64,000 nt of DNA from an uncultured Actinomycetes bacterium (GTDB lineage: Bacteria; Actinomycetota; Thermoleophilia; Gaiellales; JAICJC01). The stretch lies in contig CAWGSU010000006.1 in NCBI GenBank assembly GCA_963825325.1, forward strand, positions 66,155 through 130,154, in the 5' to 3' direction. Below, piece after piece: positions 8,277 through 17,507 of this stretch. A program made the position numbers and the translations under genes. Numbering within the stretch: position 1 is the first letter of the stretch; each line of letters opens with the position of its first letter. The notes beneath the pieces are model-generated. The model had not been told where the DNA came from and did not search any database. It worked only from the letters and a program-made list of their open reading frames with translations.

Positions 8277-9200
8277 GTGGCGGAGATCTCCATCGACGGG
8301 CTGCGCTCGGCGCTTCATGCCCGCGCCGTGCTGCTCGGATTCCCCGACACCGCCGCCGCCCTCATCACCGACCACTTCCTCGACGCCGAGCTGCGGGGCG
8401 CCCCGACGCACGGCGCCGAGCGCATGCGCTGGCTCTCGGGCTTCACCGATCTGGCGCCGACCGCCCGTCCGCGGGAGGTCGAGCGCAGCGAGGGCCTCGT
8501 GCGCTGGGACGGCGCCGGCGCGATCGGCTACGTCGCTTTGGCCGACGCGCTCGATGCCGAGCTCGAGGCGGCGCCCGACGGCGCTCGGCTCGTGGTCGTG
8601 TCGCACTGCTTCCCCACCGGCCGGCTGGGCTGGTTCGCCGAGCGGGTCGCGCGGCGCGGGCTCGCGTGCCTGCTGGCGGCGACGTCCACCGCCCGGATCG
8701 TCCACCCCGACGGCGGCCCGCCGCTGCTCGGCACGAACCCGCTCTGCCTGGCGCTGCCCGGTGCCGACGGGCCAACGGTGGTCGACGTCTCGATGGGCGC
8801 CATCACCTACGGGGCGGTGCTGCACGCCGCGGCCACGGGCTCCGAGCTGCCCGAGGGCGTCCTGCGCCGCGCCGACGGCGCCGCGGAGACCGACCCGCAC
8901 GCGGTGATCGCCGACCGGGCCGGCATCGTCCCAATGGGCGCCGATCTGGCGTACAAAGGGTTCGCGCTCGCGACGATCGTGGAGCTCCTGTGCGGGTCGC
9001 TCGCGGGGACGGACGGCTTCGCGGCGGTCGCGCTGATCGCGGCGCCCCAGGCAGAGCCGGTGCGGCGCCTGCGCACACTCGTCGCCGGCCGACGGTTTCC
9101 CGGCGAGCGCAGCGCCGCGACGCTCGCGGCCGCCCTGCGCCGCGGCTTCGTGACGCTCCCGGACGACCTGTGGGCATGGCTCGAGGACGGCGCCGGTTGA
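8277..9200 (+). CDS. Ldh_2 family (malate/L-lactate/sulfolactate-type) NAD(P)-dependent oxidoreductase
   Basis: The 307-aa product starts at GTG 8277. Motifs LDAELRGAPTHGAERMRWL, LGTNPLCLALPG and YKGFALATIVELLCG are typical of the family. Confidence 0.8.
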   Translation: MAEISIDGLRSALHARAVLLGFPDTAAALITDHFLDAELRGAPTHGAERMRWLSGFTDLAPTARPREVERSEGLVRWDGAGAIGYVALADALDAELEAAPDGARLVVVSHCFPTGRLGWFAERVARRGLACLLAATSTARIVHPDGGPPLLGTNPLCLALPGADGPTVVDVSMGAITYGAVLHAAATGSELPEGVLRRADGAAETDPHAVIADRAGIVPMGADLAYKGFALATIVELLCGSLAGTDGFAAVALIAAPQAEPVRRLRTLVAGRRFPGERSAATLAAALRRGFVTLPDDLWAWLEDGAG

Positions 9201-9619
9201 GCCGCGTCCTGGACGGCGGCTACGAGCTCGACGCCGATCGCGCGCGGCTCGACCGGGCGGCGGTGCATGCATTCCTGACGGCGACCTACTGGGCGCTCGG
9301 CCGCACCCGCGCGGAGCAGGACGCCTTCATCGACGCGAGCGACCACGTGGTCGGCCTCTACCACGAGGGCCGCCAGGTCGGCTTCGCGCGCGCCGTCGAC
9401 TGCACCGCCGCGCGGTTCGTCTACCTCGCGGACGTCTATGTCCTTCCCGAGCACCGCGGCGGCGGGCTCGGCGTCGAGCTGGTGCGCGAGATCGTCGAGC
9501 GCGGGCCGTTCGCCGACCGCACCTGGCTCCTGCACACCCGCGACGCCGGCACGCTCTACGAGCGCTTCGGGTTCCACCGCTACGAGCGGCTGATGCAGCG
9601 CGACGCCGGGACGGCCTGA
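9197..9619 (+). CDS. GNAT family N-acetyltransferase
   Basis: The 140-aa product has an acetyl-CoA binding region (VYVLPEHRGGGLGVELVREIV...YERFGF). The TTG start overlaps the upstream stop (TTGA). Confidence 0.8.
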   Translation: MSRVLDGGYELDADRARLDRAAVHAFLTATYWALGRTRAEQDAFIDASDHVVGLYHEGRQVGFARAVDCTAARFVYLADVYVLPEHRGGGLGVELVREIVERGPFADRTWLLHTRDAGTLYERFGFHRYERLMQRDAGTA

Positions 9620-9622
9620 GCG

Positions 9623-12600
9623 CTACGCGCCCGCGGCAGGGCGCAGCTCGGTATCCGGAGTGATCCGGCGTGACAGCACCTTCGACTCGCCGTCGGCCGC
9701 CATCGTGACGCCGTACAGGAGGTCGGCGACCTCCATCGTGCGCCGCTGGTGGGTGATGACGATGAACTGCGCCCGCTCCTGGTAGGCCCGCAGCAGGTCG
9801 AGGAAGCGCTCGATGTTGGCGTCGTCGAGCGCCGCCTCGACCTCGTCGAGCACGTAGAACGGCGACGGCTTCGTCAGCAGCAGCGCGAACAGGAACGCGA
9901 TGGCCGTGAGCGCCTTCTCGCCGCCCGACAGCAGCGACAGCGCCTCGATGCGCTTGCCGGCCGGCTTCACCTCGAGCTCGATCCCCGGCTCGTCGGCCCG
10001 TAGCGCGGCCTGCTCGGGGGCGTCGTCGGGCGCCGCCGAGACGACGTCGTCCGCCGCCGTCAGCCGCAGCCGCCCCGAGCCGCCCGGGAAGAGCGTGCGG
10101 ACAACCTCGGTGAAGTTGCGCGCCACCTCTTCGAACGTCTCGGCGAACCGGTGGTCGATGGTCTGCGTGAGGTCGCGGATCAGCCCGCGCAGCTCGCGCA
10201 GCGACCGCTCGAGGTCGGCACACTGCTCGGTGAGCTCGCCGGTGCGCTGCTTCTCGGCCTCGTACTCCTCGGCCGCGAGCGGGTTGACCGCGCCGAGGCT
10301 CTCACGCCGGCGCTCCAGCCGCTCGAGCCGGGCGGCGATCGCGGCGCGCTCGTCGACCGATAGCGGCTCGCTCACCTCGGCCTCGGGCGCGGGCGCGTCG
10401 GCTGCGATCTCGGCCCGCCTGCGTCCGAGCTCGGCGATGTGGTCGGTGCAGCGGGTGAGCTCGACCTCGATCTCGGTGGCCGTCGCCGCGACGGTGCGGG
10501 CCGTGGCCTGCACCGCCGCCTCGTCGTGGGCGCACGCCTGCAGCTCGGCGGCGAGCTCGCCCGAGCGGCGCTCGATCACCGCCACTCCGGCCCGCGCCGG
10601 CGTGCGCAGCAGCTCGGCCGCCGCGGCGATGCGCACGAGTGCCCGGCCGATCGACCGGCCGCGCTCTTCGAGCGCTCGCGCGGACGCGGCCATCCGCCGC
10701 GACTCGGCCGAGGTGGCGCGGGCGCGCTCGCCCGTCGACCGCAGCCGGGCGGCGTCGTGGCGGAAGCGCTCGGCCCGCTCGCGCAGCCCCGCCTCCTGCG
10801 CGGCCAGGCGTGCGGCGGCGTCGGCCAGCTCGCGGCGGCGGATGTCGAGCCCGGCATGGCGCTGGTCGGCCGCCTGGGCGGCGGCGGCGCGCGACTGTGC
10901 GGCCGCCTCGAGCCGCACCGCCTCGCGCTCGAGCTCCGCACCGCGGCCGGTCTCGGCGACCAGATCGCGCTCGGCGGCCTCGCGCGCGCCCTCGCCCCGG
11001 GCGACCTCGTCGGTCATGCGGTCGCGCCTGGCCGCGGACGCCCGCGCCGCCTCGGCGGCTCCCGCCTCGCGCGCCCGCAGGCCGGCGAGCGCCGCCTGGG
11101 CCTCGCCGTCGGCGTGGGCGGCACGACCGGCGGCGGCGGCGGCGACATCGGCCGCCGCGACGGCGGCGCCGTGGGCGGCCGCGACCGCGGTGTCCTCGTC
11201 GGCCAGCCGGTCGCGCTCGGCGCGCGCCGCCATCCAGGCCGCCTCGCCCGCGTCGCCGGTGCGCCACAGCTCGCCGCGGTCGGCGTCGATGCCCTCGCCG
11301 GCGCGCGTCACCGCCACGCCGTGGTCGACCGCGGCCAGGTCGTCGACGAGCCAGACCCCTTCCAGCAGGCGCCCGGCGATCGGATCGCGCACCGTGACCA
11401 CCTCGATCAGCGGCCGGGCCCCTGCCGCCGGCGGCAGTGATGCCGCGGGCGGGCGGGTGTCGGCGAGGATCACGGCGACCTCTCCCCCGGCCTCGGACAG
11501 CACCGTGAGCGCGTCGGAGAGGCGCTCGGCGACGACGGCGCCGGCCCGCCAGCCCAGACCCGCCGCCACCGCCCGCTCGTACCCCGGCTGGGCCTCGACG
11601 CCCGCAACCACGAGCTTTGCGCCCGCGGCCTTGAGCGCTCGCACGGCCGGCGTCAGCCCCTCGCCACGGTCGAGCGACTGCTCCAGCGCCTCGAGCCGGG
11701 CGCGCATCAGCTGATGGCGGTGATCGAGCTCGTCGGCGGCCGCGCGCGCAGCCCGGCTCGCGTCGGCGGCGCGATCTGCCTCGGCCCGAGCTGCGTCAGC
11801 GGCCGTGGCGGCAGTCTCGAGCTCGGCATGCAGCGCCGTCGCTGCCTCGTGCAGCCCCTGGGCCTCACCGGCGCTCGCGGCCAGGCCGCCCGCCGCCTCG
11901 GCGACCGCGGCGGCCAGCGCGCCCACGCGCGCCCGCAGGTCTTCGGCCCGGGCCGCGCTGCGGTCGGCCTCGAGGCGGGCGGTGCCCGCATGACCCTGCG
12001 CCTCGGCAAGCGCGCGGCGCGCATCGAGCGACGCCGACATCGCCGTCTCGGCCGCGGCCGCCGCCTCGCGCGCCTCGCCGGCGTCGGTCGCCGCCAGCCG
12101 GTCGGCCTCGGCCAGGCCGGCGGCGGCCTGCGCGGCCGCCTCGTCGGCCTCGGCTCCGAACCGCTCGGCGTCGGCCTCGAGCCGGTCGGCGAGCGTCGCC
12201 CGGCGCACGTGGCTGCGGCCGAGCGCGCCGGCCGCCTGCTCGAGCCGGCGGCCACCGGCCGTCAGCCGCTCGCGTGCGGTCTCGAAGTCGTAGAAGGCCC
12301 TGCTGGCGCGCTCCTGCTCCGCGGCGAGGCCGGTCAGCTCGCCCTCCGCACGGGCGCGGCGCGCGGACACCGTCGCGAGCCTGGCCTCGACCTCGGCGCG
12401 GGCCGCGTGGGCCTCGCCCAGGCGCGCCCTGGCGGCCTGCGCCCGCCGCTCCTCGCCGATGACGTCGGAGGCGAGCAAGCGCAGCCTGCCGGCGGCGATC
12501 TCCTCGCCCAGCTTGGCTGCACGGTCGGCTGCGGTGGCCTGCATCTGCAGCGGGCGCAGCCGTGCCCGCACCTCGCGCTCGAGGTCACGGGCGCGCTCGA

Positions 12601-13162
12601 GCTCGGAGCTCACCCGGGCCAGCTTGCCCTCGGCCCGCGCGCGCCGGCGCTGGTACTTCCCGAGACCGGCCGCCTCCTCGACGAACCGGCGCCGCTCGTG
12701 CGGCTTGGACGTCAGGATCTCGTCGACCCTCCCCTGCCCGATGACCGAGTGCATCTCGCGTCCGAGGCCGGTGTCGGCCAGCAGCTCGAGAACATCGAGG
12801 CGGCGCACGCGGGCGCGGTTCACGAGGTACTCGCTCTCGCCCCCACGGTCGAGCCGGCGCATCACCGACACCTCGCCGAACTCGAGCGGCAGGGTGGCGC
12901 ACTCGTTGTCGAGCACGAGCTCGACTTCGCACACCCCCGCCGGCGGCCGGCTGTCGGAGCCCCCGAAGAGGACGTCGAGGCCGGTCGGGGCACGCAGCTG
13001 TGCCGGCGACTGCACCGCCATCGCCCACTGCAGGGCGTCTGCGATGTTCGACTTGCCGCTGCCGTTGGGGCCGACGACGACGGCGATCCCGCGCTCGAAG
13101 CGCAGCTCGACCGTGCCCGGGAACGACTTGAAGCCGCGCATGCGCAGCGCCTTCAGATGCAC
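9623..13162 (-). CDS. smc: Chromosome partition protein Smc
   Basis: The 1179-aa product has a Walker A motif (VVGPNGSGKSNIADAL), long Ala-rich coiled coils, a hinge, the signature LSGGEKALTAIAFLFAL and a Walker B motif (FYVLDEVEAALD). The GTG start is preceded by GGGGGAG. Confidence 0.97.
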   Translation of the reverse strand: MHLKALRMRGFKSFPGTVELRFERGIAVVVGPNGSGKSNIADALQWAMAVQSPAQLRAPTGLDVLFGGSDSRPPAGVCEVELVLDNECATLPLEFGEVSVMRRLDRGGESEYLVNRARVRRLDVLELLADTGLGREMHSVIGQGRVDEILTSKPHERRRFVEEAAGLGKYQRRRARAEGKLARVSSELERARDLEREVRARLRPLQMQATAADRAAKLGEEIAAGRLRLLASDVIGEERRAQAARARLGEAHAARAEVEARLATVSARRARAEGELTGLAAEQERASRAFYDFETARERLTAGGRRLEQAAGALGRSHVRRATLADRLEADAERFGAEADEAAAQAAAGLAEADRLAATDAGEAREAAAAAETAMSASLDARRALAEAQGHAGTARLEADRSAARAEDLRARVGALAAAVAEAAGGLAASAGEAQGLHEAATALHAELETAATAADAARAEADRAADASRAARAAADELDHRHQLMRARLEALEQSLDRGEGLTPAVRALKAAGAKLVVAGVEAQPGYERAVAAGLGWRAGAVVAERLSDALTVLSEAGGEVAVILADTRPPAASLPPAAGARPLIEVVTVRDPIAGRLLEGVWLVDDLAAVDHGVAVTRAGEGIDADRGELWRTGDAGEAAWMAARAERDRLADEDTAVAAAHGAAVAAADVAAAAAGRAAHADGEAQAALAGLRAREAGAAEAARASAARRDRMTDEVARGEGAREAAERDLVAETGRGAELEREAVRLEAAAQSRAAAAQAADQRHAGLDIRRRELADAAARLAAQEAGLRERAERFRHDAARLRSTGERARATSAESRRMAASARALEERGRSIGRALVRIAAAAELLRTPARAGVAVIERRSGELAAELQACAHDEAAVQATARTVAATATEIEVELTRCTDHIAELGRRRAEIAADAPAPEAEVSEPLSVDERAAIAARLERLERRRESLGAVNPLAAEEYEAEKQRTGELTEQCADLERSLRELRGLIRDLTQTIDHRFAETFEEVARNFTEVVRTLFPGGSGRLRLTAADDVVSAAPDDAPEQAALRADEPGIELEVKPAGKRIEALSLLSGGEKALTAIAFLFALLLTKPSPFYVLDEVEAALDDANIERFLDLLRAYQERAQFIVITHQRRTMEVADLLYGVTMAADGESKVLSRRITPDTELRPAAGA

Positions 13163-13186
13163 GCCCGGCTCCCCCGTGCGACGCGG

Positions 13187-13945
13187 CTAGGTTGGCAGCG
13201 AGCTGCGGTCGAGCTGGGCCAGCGCCTCGCGTGCGGCGAGCTGCTCCGAGCCCTTCTTGCTGCGTGCCGAGCCACGCCCGAGCTCGTGTCCTTCGACCAG
13301 AGCCAGGGATGTGAACCAACGCTGGTGCGGTGGACCGGACACATCGGCTACGGCATACGTTACCGAGGCGCCCCGACGTGCAAGCTCCTCCTGGAGCACC
13401 GTCTTGGCGTCGACGTGCTCGGCGAGGGCATAATCGATGCGGCTCGCGAACGCCGCGACGACCGGCTCGGACACCGCATCGAGGCCGAACTCGACGTATC
13501 CCGCGCCGACGGCGGCCTCGACGACGGCGGCCAGGACACCGGGCGAACGCGAGAGCGCATCGATCTCGACCCTGGCCGCCCCGAGGCCCTCCCCCCGCGC
13601 GCGGACGTCGGCGGCCAGCCCCAGGTCGGCGGCCACGGCCGCGCAGCTCGTCCGCGAGACGACGTGGGCGCGCACCTTGGCCAGGTCGCCCTCGGCGCTC
13701 TCCGGGAAGCGCCGGTACAGGTGATGGGCGATGACGAGGCCGAGCACCCCGTCACCCAGGAACTCGAGCCGCTCGTAGGAATCCTCACGCCGCTGCACCC
13801 ACGAGGTGTGGGTGAAGGCGAGCAGGCGGAGCGGTTCGGGGAGCCGGTCGATCAGCGCCCGCAGCGGTGCGGGCGCCTCGGGATGATCAGCTGTGGCTGA
13901 CGACGTAGTCGACCGCCTCACCGACGGTCGCGATCTTCTGCGCAT
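13187..13945 (-). CDS. rnc: Ribonuclease III
   Basis: The catalytic signature (FTHTSW...[20 protein letters not shown]) and a C-terminal dsRBD are present. The only canonical start (ATG 13945) overlaps acpP by 59 nt, so the true start is uncertain. Confidence 0.88.
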   Translation of the reverse strand: MRRRSRPSVRRSTTSSATADHPEAPAPLRALIDRLPEPLRLLAFTHTSWVQRREDSYERLEFLGDGVLGLVIAHHLYRRFPESAEGDLAKVRAHVVSRTSCAAVAADLGLAADVRARGEGLGAARVEIDALSRSPGVLAAVVEAAVGAGYVEFGLDAVSEPVVAAFASRIDYALAEHVDAKTVLQEELARRGASVTYAVADVSGPPHQRWFTSLALVEGHELGRGSARSKKGSEQLAAREALAQLDRSSLPT

Positions 13946-14132
13946 CCTCGTCGGAGATCTTGAGGCCGAACTGGTCTTCGAGTTCCATGATCAACTCGAC
14001 CAGGTCCAGCGAGTCGGCGTCCAGGTCGCCCTGGAACGACGCATCGTCTGTCACCTGCTCCTCGTCGACGCCGAGCTGCTCCACGAGAATTCCGCGGACG
14101 CGTTCGAGCGCCTCTTCGCGGTTGATCGTCAC
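13887..14132 (-). CDS. acpP: Acyl carrier protein
   Basis: The 81-aa product contains the [20 protein letters not shown] phosphopantetheine-attachment motif. Confidence 0.95.
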   Translation of the reverse strand: MTINREEALERVRGILVEQLGVDEEQVTDDASFQGDLDADSLDLVELIMELEDQFGLKISDEDAQKIATVGEAVDYVVSHS

Positions 14133-15187
14133 TGGTCTCCAATCTCCGGGGCCGTAACCTGCGGGACTGTATTGATCGCCGCATGCCCCTGCAAGTCTGA
14201 AGTGGGGCGATCGGCCGCGAGCCGCTCCGCCATCCGGGCCACGACCCCGACGTCGGCGCCCCTGGCGGCGATCCGGATCGCGTTGCGAACGCCCTTGCGG
14301 CCGGAGTTGCCGTGGGCGATCACGACCACCCCGCGCAGGCCGAGCAGGTACGCGCCACCGTAATTGTCCGGCTCGGTGCGGTCGCGCATCGCCCGCAGCG
14401 CCGGCCGCAGCAGCAGGCCGCCGATCTTCGCCCGGGTGCTCGACTCGGCCGCCCTGCGCACCTCACCCAGCAGCGCGGCCGCCGCGCCCTCGAGTCCTTT
14501 CAGGAGCACGTTGCCCGCAAACCCGTCGGCAACGACGACCTGGAAACGCCCGCTCAGCACGTCGCGGCCTTCGCAGTTGCCGGCGAAGTTGAGGTCGGCC
14601 GCGGCCAGGAGCTGGTGGGCCTCGACCGTAACGGCATTGCCCTTGCTCGGCTCCTCCCCGATCGAGAGCAGACCCACGCCCGGCTCCTCGATGCCCATGA
14701 CGTCGCGCATGAACTGCGACCCCATGATGCCGAACTGGAGCAGGTTCTCGGCCCTCGCATCGGAGTTCGCGCCGGAGTCGATCAGGAGGCACGGGGCGCC
14801 CTGGGCCGGCAGGGGCACGCCGATGCCGGGGCGGGAGATGCCGCGGATGCGGCCGACGTGCAGCAACGAGGCCGCGAGCATCGCGCCGGTCGGCCCTCCG
14901 GAGACGACCGCCTCGGCGGATCCGTCCCGCACCAGGCGGCACGCCGTGACCATCGAGGAGCCCGGCTTCGCCCGCACGGCGGCGGCCGGCTCATCGCTCG
15001 ACTCGATGACGTCGCCGGCGTCCACGATCTCGATGCCCTCGACGCTCCCTCCCAGCTCGGCCTCGAGCTGCTCGCGGGCACCGCACAGCAGCACGCGCAC
15101 ACCCTCGGCGGCCGCATCCTTGACGCCGGGCACGATCGCGGCTGGGCCGTCATCGTGTCCCATGCCGTCAACTGCGACTGTCACCAT
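14129..15187 (-). CDS. plsX: Phosphate acyltransferase PlsX
   Basis: The 352-aa product (VAVDGMGHD...GANSD...[13 protein letters not shown]...[10 protein letters not shown]) is typical PlsX. It lies between rpmF and acpP. Confidence 0.95.
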   Translation of the reverse strand: MVTVAVDGMGHDDGPAAIVPGVKDAAAEGVRVLLCGAREQLEAELGGSVEGIEIVDAGDVIESSDEPAAAVRAKPGSSMVTACRLVRDGSAEAVVSGGPTGAMLAASLLHVGRIRGISRPGIGVPLPAQGAPCLLIDSGANSDARAENLLQFGIMGSQFMRDVMGIEEPGVGLLSIGEEPSKGNAVTVEAHQLLAAADLNFAGNCEGRDVLSGRFQVVVADGFAGNVLLKGLEGAAAALLGEVRRAAESSTRAKIGGLLLRPALRAMRDRTEPDNYGGAYLLGLRGVVVIAHGNSGRKGVRNAIRIAARGADVGVVARMAERLAADRPTSDLQGHAAINTVPQVTAPEIGDQ

Positions 15188-15204
15188 GGTTCGGTCGCCG
15201 CGCG

Positions 15205-15393
15205 CTAGGGCGCTTCAGTGGTGAGCGGCTGCACTTCGCGGCCGCGATAGTGGCCGCAGTTGGCGCAGACGTGGTGCGGCCGCACGGGCTCGTGGCACTG
15301 CGGGCACACGGTCAGCACCGGCGCCAGGATGCGCGTGTTCGCGCGGCGCCGGTCGCGGCGTGACTTCGACGTCTTCTTCTTGGGAACGGCCAC
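15205..15393 (-). CDS. rpmF: 50S ribosomal protein L32 (Zn-ribbon, C+ form)
   Basis: The 62-aa product is (V)[21 protein letters not shown]...CPQCHEP...CANCGHYRG. It starts at GTG 15393; the longer ORF-track prefix is Arg/Pro-rich noise. Confidence 0.9.
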   Translation of the reverse strand: MAVPKKKTSKSRRDRRRANTRILAPVLTVCPQCHEPVRPHHVCANCGHYRGREVQPLTTEAP

Positions 15394-15401
15394 GGCGGCG
15401 C

Positions 15402-15407
15402 AGTATA
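15402..15407 (-). promoter_or_regulatory. Putative -10 (TATACT) 8 nt upstream of the rpmF GTG
   Basis: The minus-sense sequence is TGGCTATACT-GCGCCGCC-GTG. The flank is nearly identical to the one upstream of rpmB. Confidence 0.4.
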
Positions 15408-15418
15408 GCCAGCGCTCG

Positions 15419-15922
15419 CTACTCGAGCAGCTGCCGCAGCGCATCCCAGCGCGGATCCGGCTCGGCCGGGGCGCAGTCGTGCTCCCCGCCGGGCTCGAGC
15501 CGCACGCCGCAGTGGGGACACAGGCCGGCGCAGTCGGGGCGGCAGAGGATCTTGCCCGGCAGTGCGAGAACGAGCGCGTCGCGCACCCAGCGGTCGACAT
15601 CGAGCTCGTCATCGGCCAGGTACTCGCAGCCGAGCTCGTCGTCATCGGGGTCGGCGCCGTGCTCCTGATACTCGGATGCGCTGACGGTGACCGCGAGCCG
15701 GGCCGGCTCCAGACAGCGATAGCACGGGCCGGCAACGGTCGCCTCGAGCCGCAGCTTCAGATAGAGCCCGCCGGCGATCGCCTGCAGCTCGACCTCGGCG
15801 CCCTCGGGCGCAGCCTCGACCGTGTACGTCTCGCCGCCGAATTGGAGCGGGTCGATCGCGACGGGCACCCGTACCCGGCGGACGTCGCCGGGCGCAAGCC
15901 CCAGACTGGCTACATCGAGCAC
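15419..15922 (-). CDS. yceD: YceD/DUF177 family protein (23S rRNA accumulation protein)
   Basis: The 167-aa product has the C-terminal Cys cluster [13 protein letters not shown]. It has the conserved partnership immediately upstream of rpmF. Confidence 0.85.
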   Translation of the reverse strand: MLDVASLGLAPGDVRRVRVPVAIDPLQFGGETYTVEAAPEGAEVELQAIAGGLYLKLRLEATVAGPCYRCLEPARLAVTVSASEYQEHGADPDDDELGCEYLADDELDVDRWVRDALVLALPGKILCRPDCAGLCPHCGVRLEPGGEHDCAPAEPDPRWDALRQLLE

Positions 15923-15942
15923 AGGCGCCTCCCGAAACCGCG

Positions 15943-16443
15943 TTACAGCGACGCGCCGTCCTGCTGCTCGGCCGTGGCCGGGCTCGTGCGCTCGTCAGAG
16001 CGCGCGGCGAGCTGCTCACGGCCGCGCTCGAGCGCCACCATGATCTTGCCGAGGTTCGTGTGCAGGTTCTCGAGGATGCTGTCGGCGTAGTCCTCGGCGC
16101 CGAGGCGGACGGTGCGCTCGTGCCTGCGGGCCTCGGCCAGGATCTCCTGGGCCTGCCGCTCGGCGAGCTTCACGACCTCCTCCTGCGACGCCTCTCGGGC
16201 GGCCTGCTCACGCGCCTCCGAGATCAGCCGCTCGGCCTCACGCTTGGCCTCGGCCAGCATCTCCTGGCGCTCCTTGACGATCCACCGGGCCTGCTTGATC
16301 TCCTCCGGGATCGTCGAGCGCATCTGGTCGATGATCTCCCAGATCTCTTCACGGTCGACTCGAACCTGGTCCTGGGAGAGCGGCACGCCCTTGGCGTTCT
16401 GCACCAGTTCGTCCAGCTTGTCGATCAACACCAAGACGTCCAA
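15943..16443 (-). CDS. Conserved coiled-coil protein (ATP synthase b-like 'ATPase' family), function unknown
   Basis: The 166-aa product (MDVLVLIDKLDELVQNAKGVPLS...IPEEIKQARWIVKERQEMLAEAKREAERLISEAREQA) is highly charged and helical. It starts at TTG preceded by GGGAG. Confidence 0.7.
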   Translation of the reverse strand: MDVLVLIDKLDELVQNAKGVPLSQDQVRVDREEIWEIIDQMRSTIPEEIKQARWIVKERQEMLAEAKREAERLISEAREQAAREASQEEVVKLAERQAQEILAEARRHERTVRLGAEDYADSILENLHTNLGKIMVALERGREQLAARSDERTSPATAEQQDGASL

Positions 16444-16460
16444 CGCTCAGTCTCCCATCT

Positions 16461-16958
16461 TCAGATCTCGCCCGTTGCGTGCATCTCGGACAGCCGCCGG
16501 GCGACGGGCTCCGGCACGTAGTCTGACACCGACCCGCCAAAGGACGCGATCTCGCGCACACCGCGAGACGAGAGGAAACTGTACTCGGGCGACGCCATGA
16601 GGTAAATGGTCTCGATGTCGGGTGCCATGCCCCGGTTCAGGTTGTTCATCTGGAATTCCCACTCAAAGTCCGATACCGCTCGCAGTCCCTTCACGATCGC
16701 ATAGGCGCCGCGCGACCTGGCGAAGTCGACGACGAGCGTCGTGAATCCTTCCACGGTGATGTTCGACGCCGGTTCGAGGGAGTCCTGGATGAACCGGATG
16801 CGGTCGTCGAGCGTGAACATCGTCTCCTTGTGCCGCGGATGGCGCACGACGCCCACGATCACGCGGTCGAAGAGGCCCGACGCGCGCCGGATCACGTCGA
16901 GGTGCCCCCAGGTGACCGGGTCATACGTCCCCGGGCAGACGGCGATCGCCTCAGGCAT
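16461..16958 (-). CDS. coaD: Phosphopantetheine adenylyltransferase
   Basis: The 165-aa product starts at ATG 16958 (MPEAIAVCPGTYDPVTWGHLDVI...SSRGVREI). It overlaps the rsmD stop by 8 nt. Confidence 0.95.
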   Translation of the reverse strand: MPEAIAVCPGTYDPVTWGHLDVIRRASGLFDRVIVGVVRHPRHKETMFTLDDRIRFIQDSLEPASNITVEGFTTLVVDFARSRGAYAIVKGLRAVSDFEWEFQMNNLNRGMAPDIETIYLMASPEYSFLSSRGVREIASFGGSVSDYVPEPVARRLSEMHATGEI

Positions 16959-17493
16959 GTCCGACGACCGTGATGCGGGTGCCGCCGTATGTGCGCTCGG
17001 CCAGCACCGGCAGCGGCAGCATCGGCGCGTCCTGGGCGGCGTCTGACTCCAGCACGGCGCGGCCGGCGGGCGCAAGCAGCGCGGGCAGGTGGCGGGCCAG
17101 ATGGTCGGTCAGCGAGGGCAGCATTCTGTAGGGCGGATCGAGGAGGATCAGGTCGTAGGTCACGCCGGCGGTGGAGTCGGACGCGAGCCTGCGTCGGCCG
17201 TCCTGGCGCCGGATGGTGCACTGGTCAGCGTACCGGAGGCGGGCGGCGTTCTCGCGCAGCACCGCGAGCGCGGCCGCGTCGAGCTCGCAGAAGACGGCGC
17301 TCGCAGCGCCCCGCGAGAGCGCCTCGAACCCGAGCGCCCCGGTGCCTGCGAACGGCTCGAGCACGCGCGCGCCGGAGACGTCTGCCAGGATCGAGAAGAG
17401 GGCCTCGCGCACGCGGTCGGGCGTCGGCCGCGTGCCCTTCCCCGGTGGGGCGGCCAGCCGCGCGCCCTTGCGCTCTCCCGCCACGATCCGCAT
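16951..17493 (-). CDS. rsmD: 16S rRNA (guanine966-N2)-methyltransferase RsmD
   Basis: The 180-aa product has MRIVAGERKGARL...PTPDRVREALFSIL...LEPFAGTGALGFEALSRGA...DPPY. Confidence 0.9.
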   Translation of the reverse strand: MRIVAGERKGARLAAPPGKGTRPTPDRVREALFSILADVSGARVLEPFAGTGALGFEALSRGAASAVFCELDAAALAVLRENAARLRYADQCTIRRQDGRRRLASDSTAGVTYDLILLDPPYRMLPSLTDHLARHLPALLAPAGRAVLESDAAQDAPMLPLPVLAERTYGGTRITVVGHA

Positions 17494-17499
17494 CCGGCA

Positions 17500-17505
17500 A
17501 GCCTA
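17500..17505 (-). promoter_or_regulatory. Putative -10 (TAGGCT) 6 nt upstream of the rsmD ATG
   Basis: The minus-sense sequence is ATTCAC-CG-TAGGCT-TGCCGG-ATG, directly after the hairpin at 17508..17540. Confidence 0.4.
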
Positions 17506-17507
17506 CG

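Noticed and set aside
9900-11714. A 604-aa Ser/Ala/Arg-rich ORF, and several Arg-rich ORFs, overlapping the middle of smc. I considered whether they mark a repeat or a nested gene.
   Set aside because: The region is the Ala/Glu/Arg-rich coiled coil of Smc. The compositional monotony produces open frames on both strands. I found no true DNA tandem repeat and no independent coding signal.
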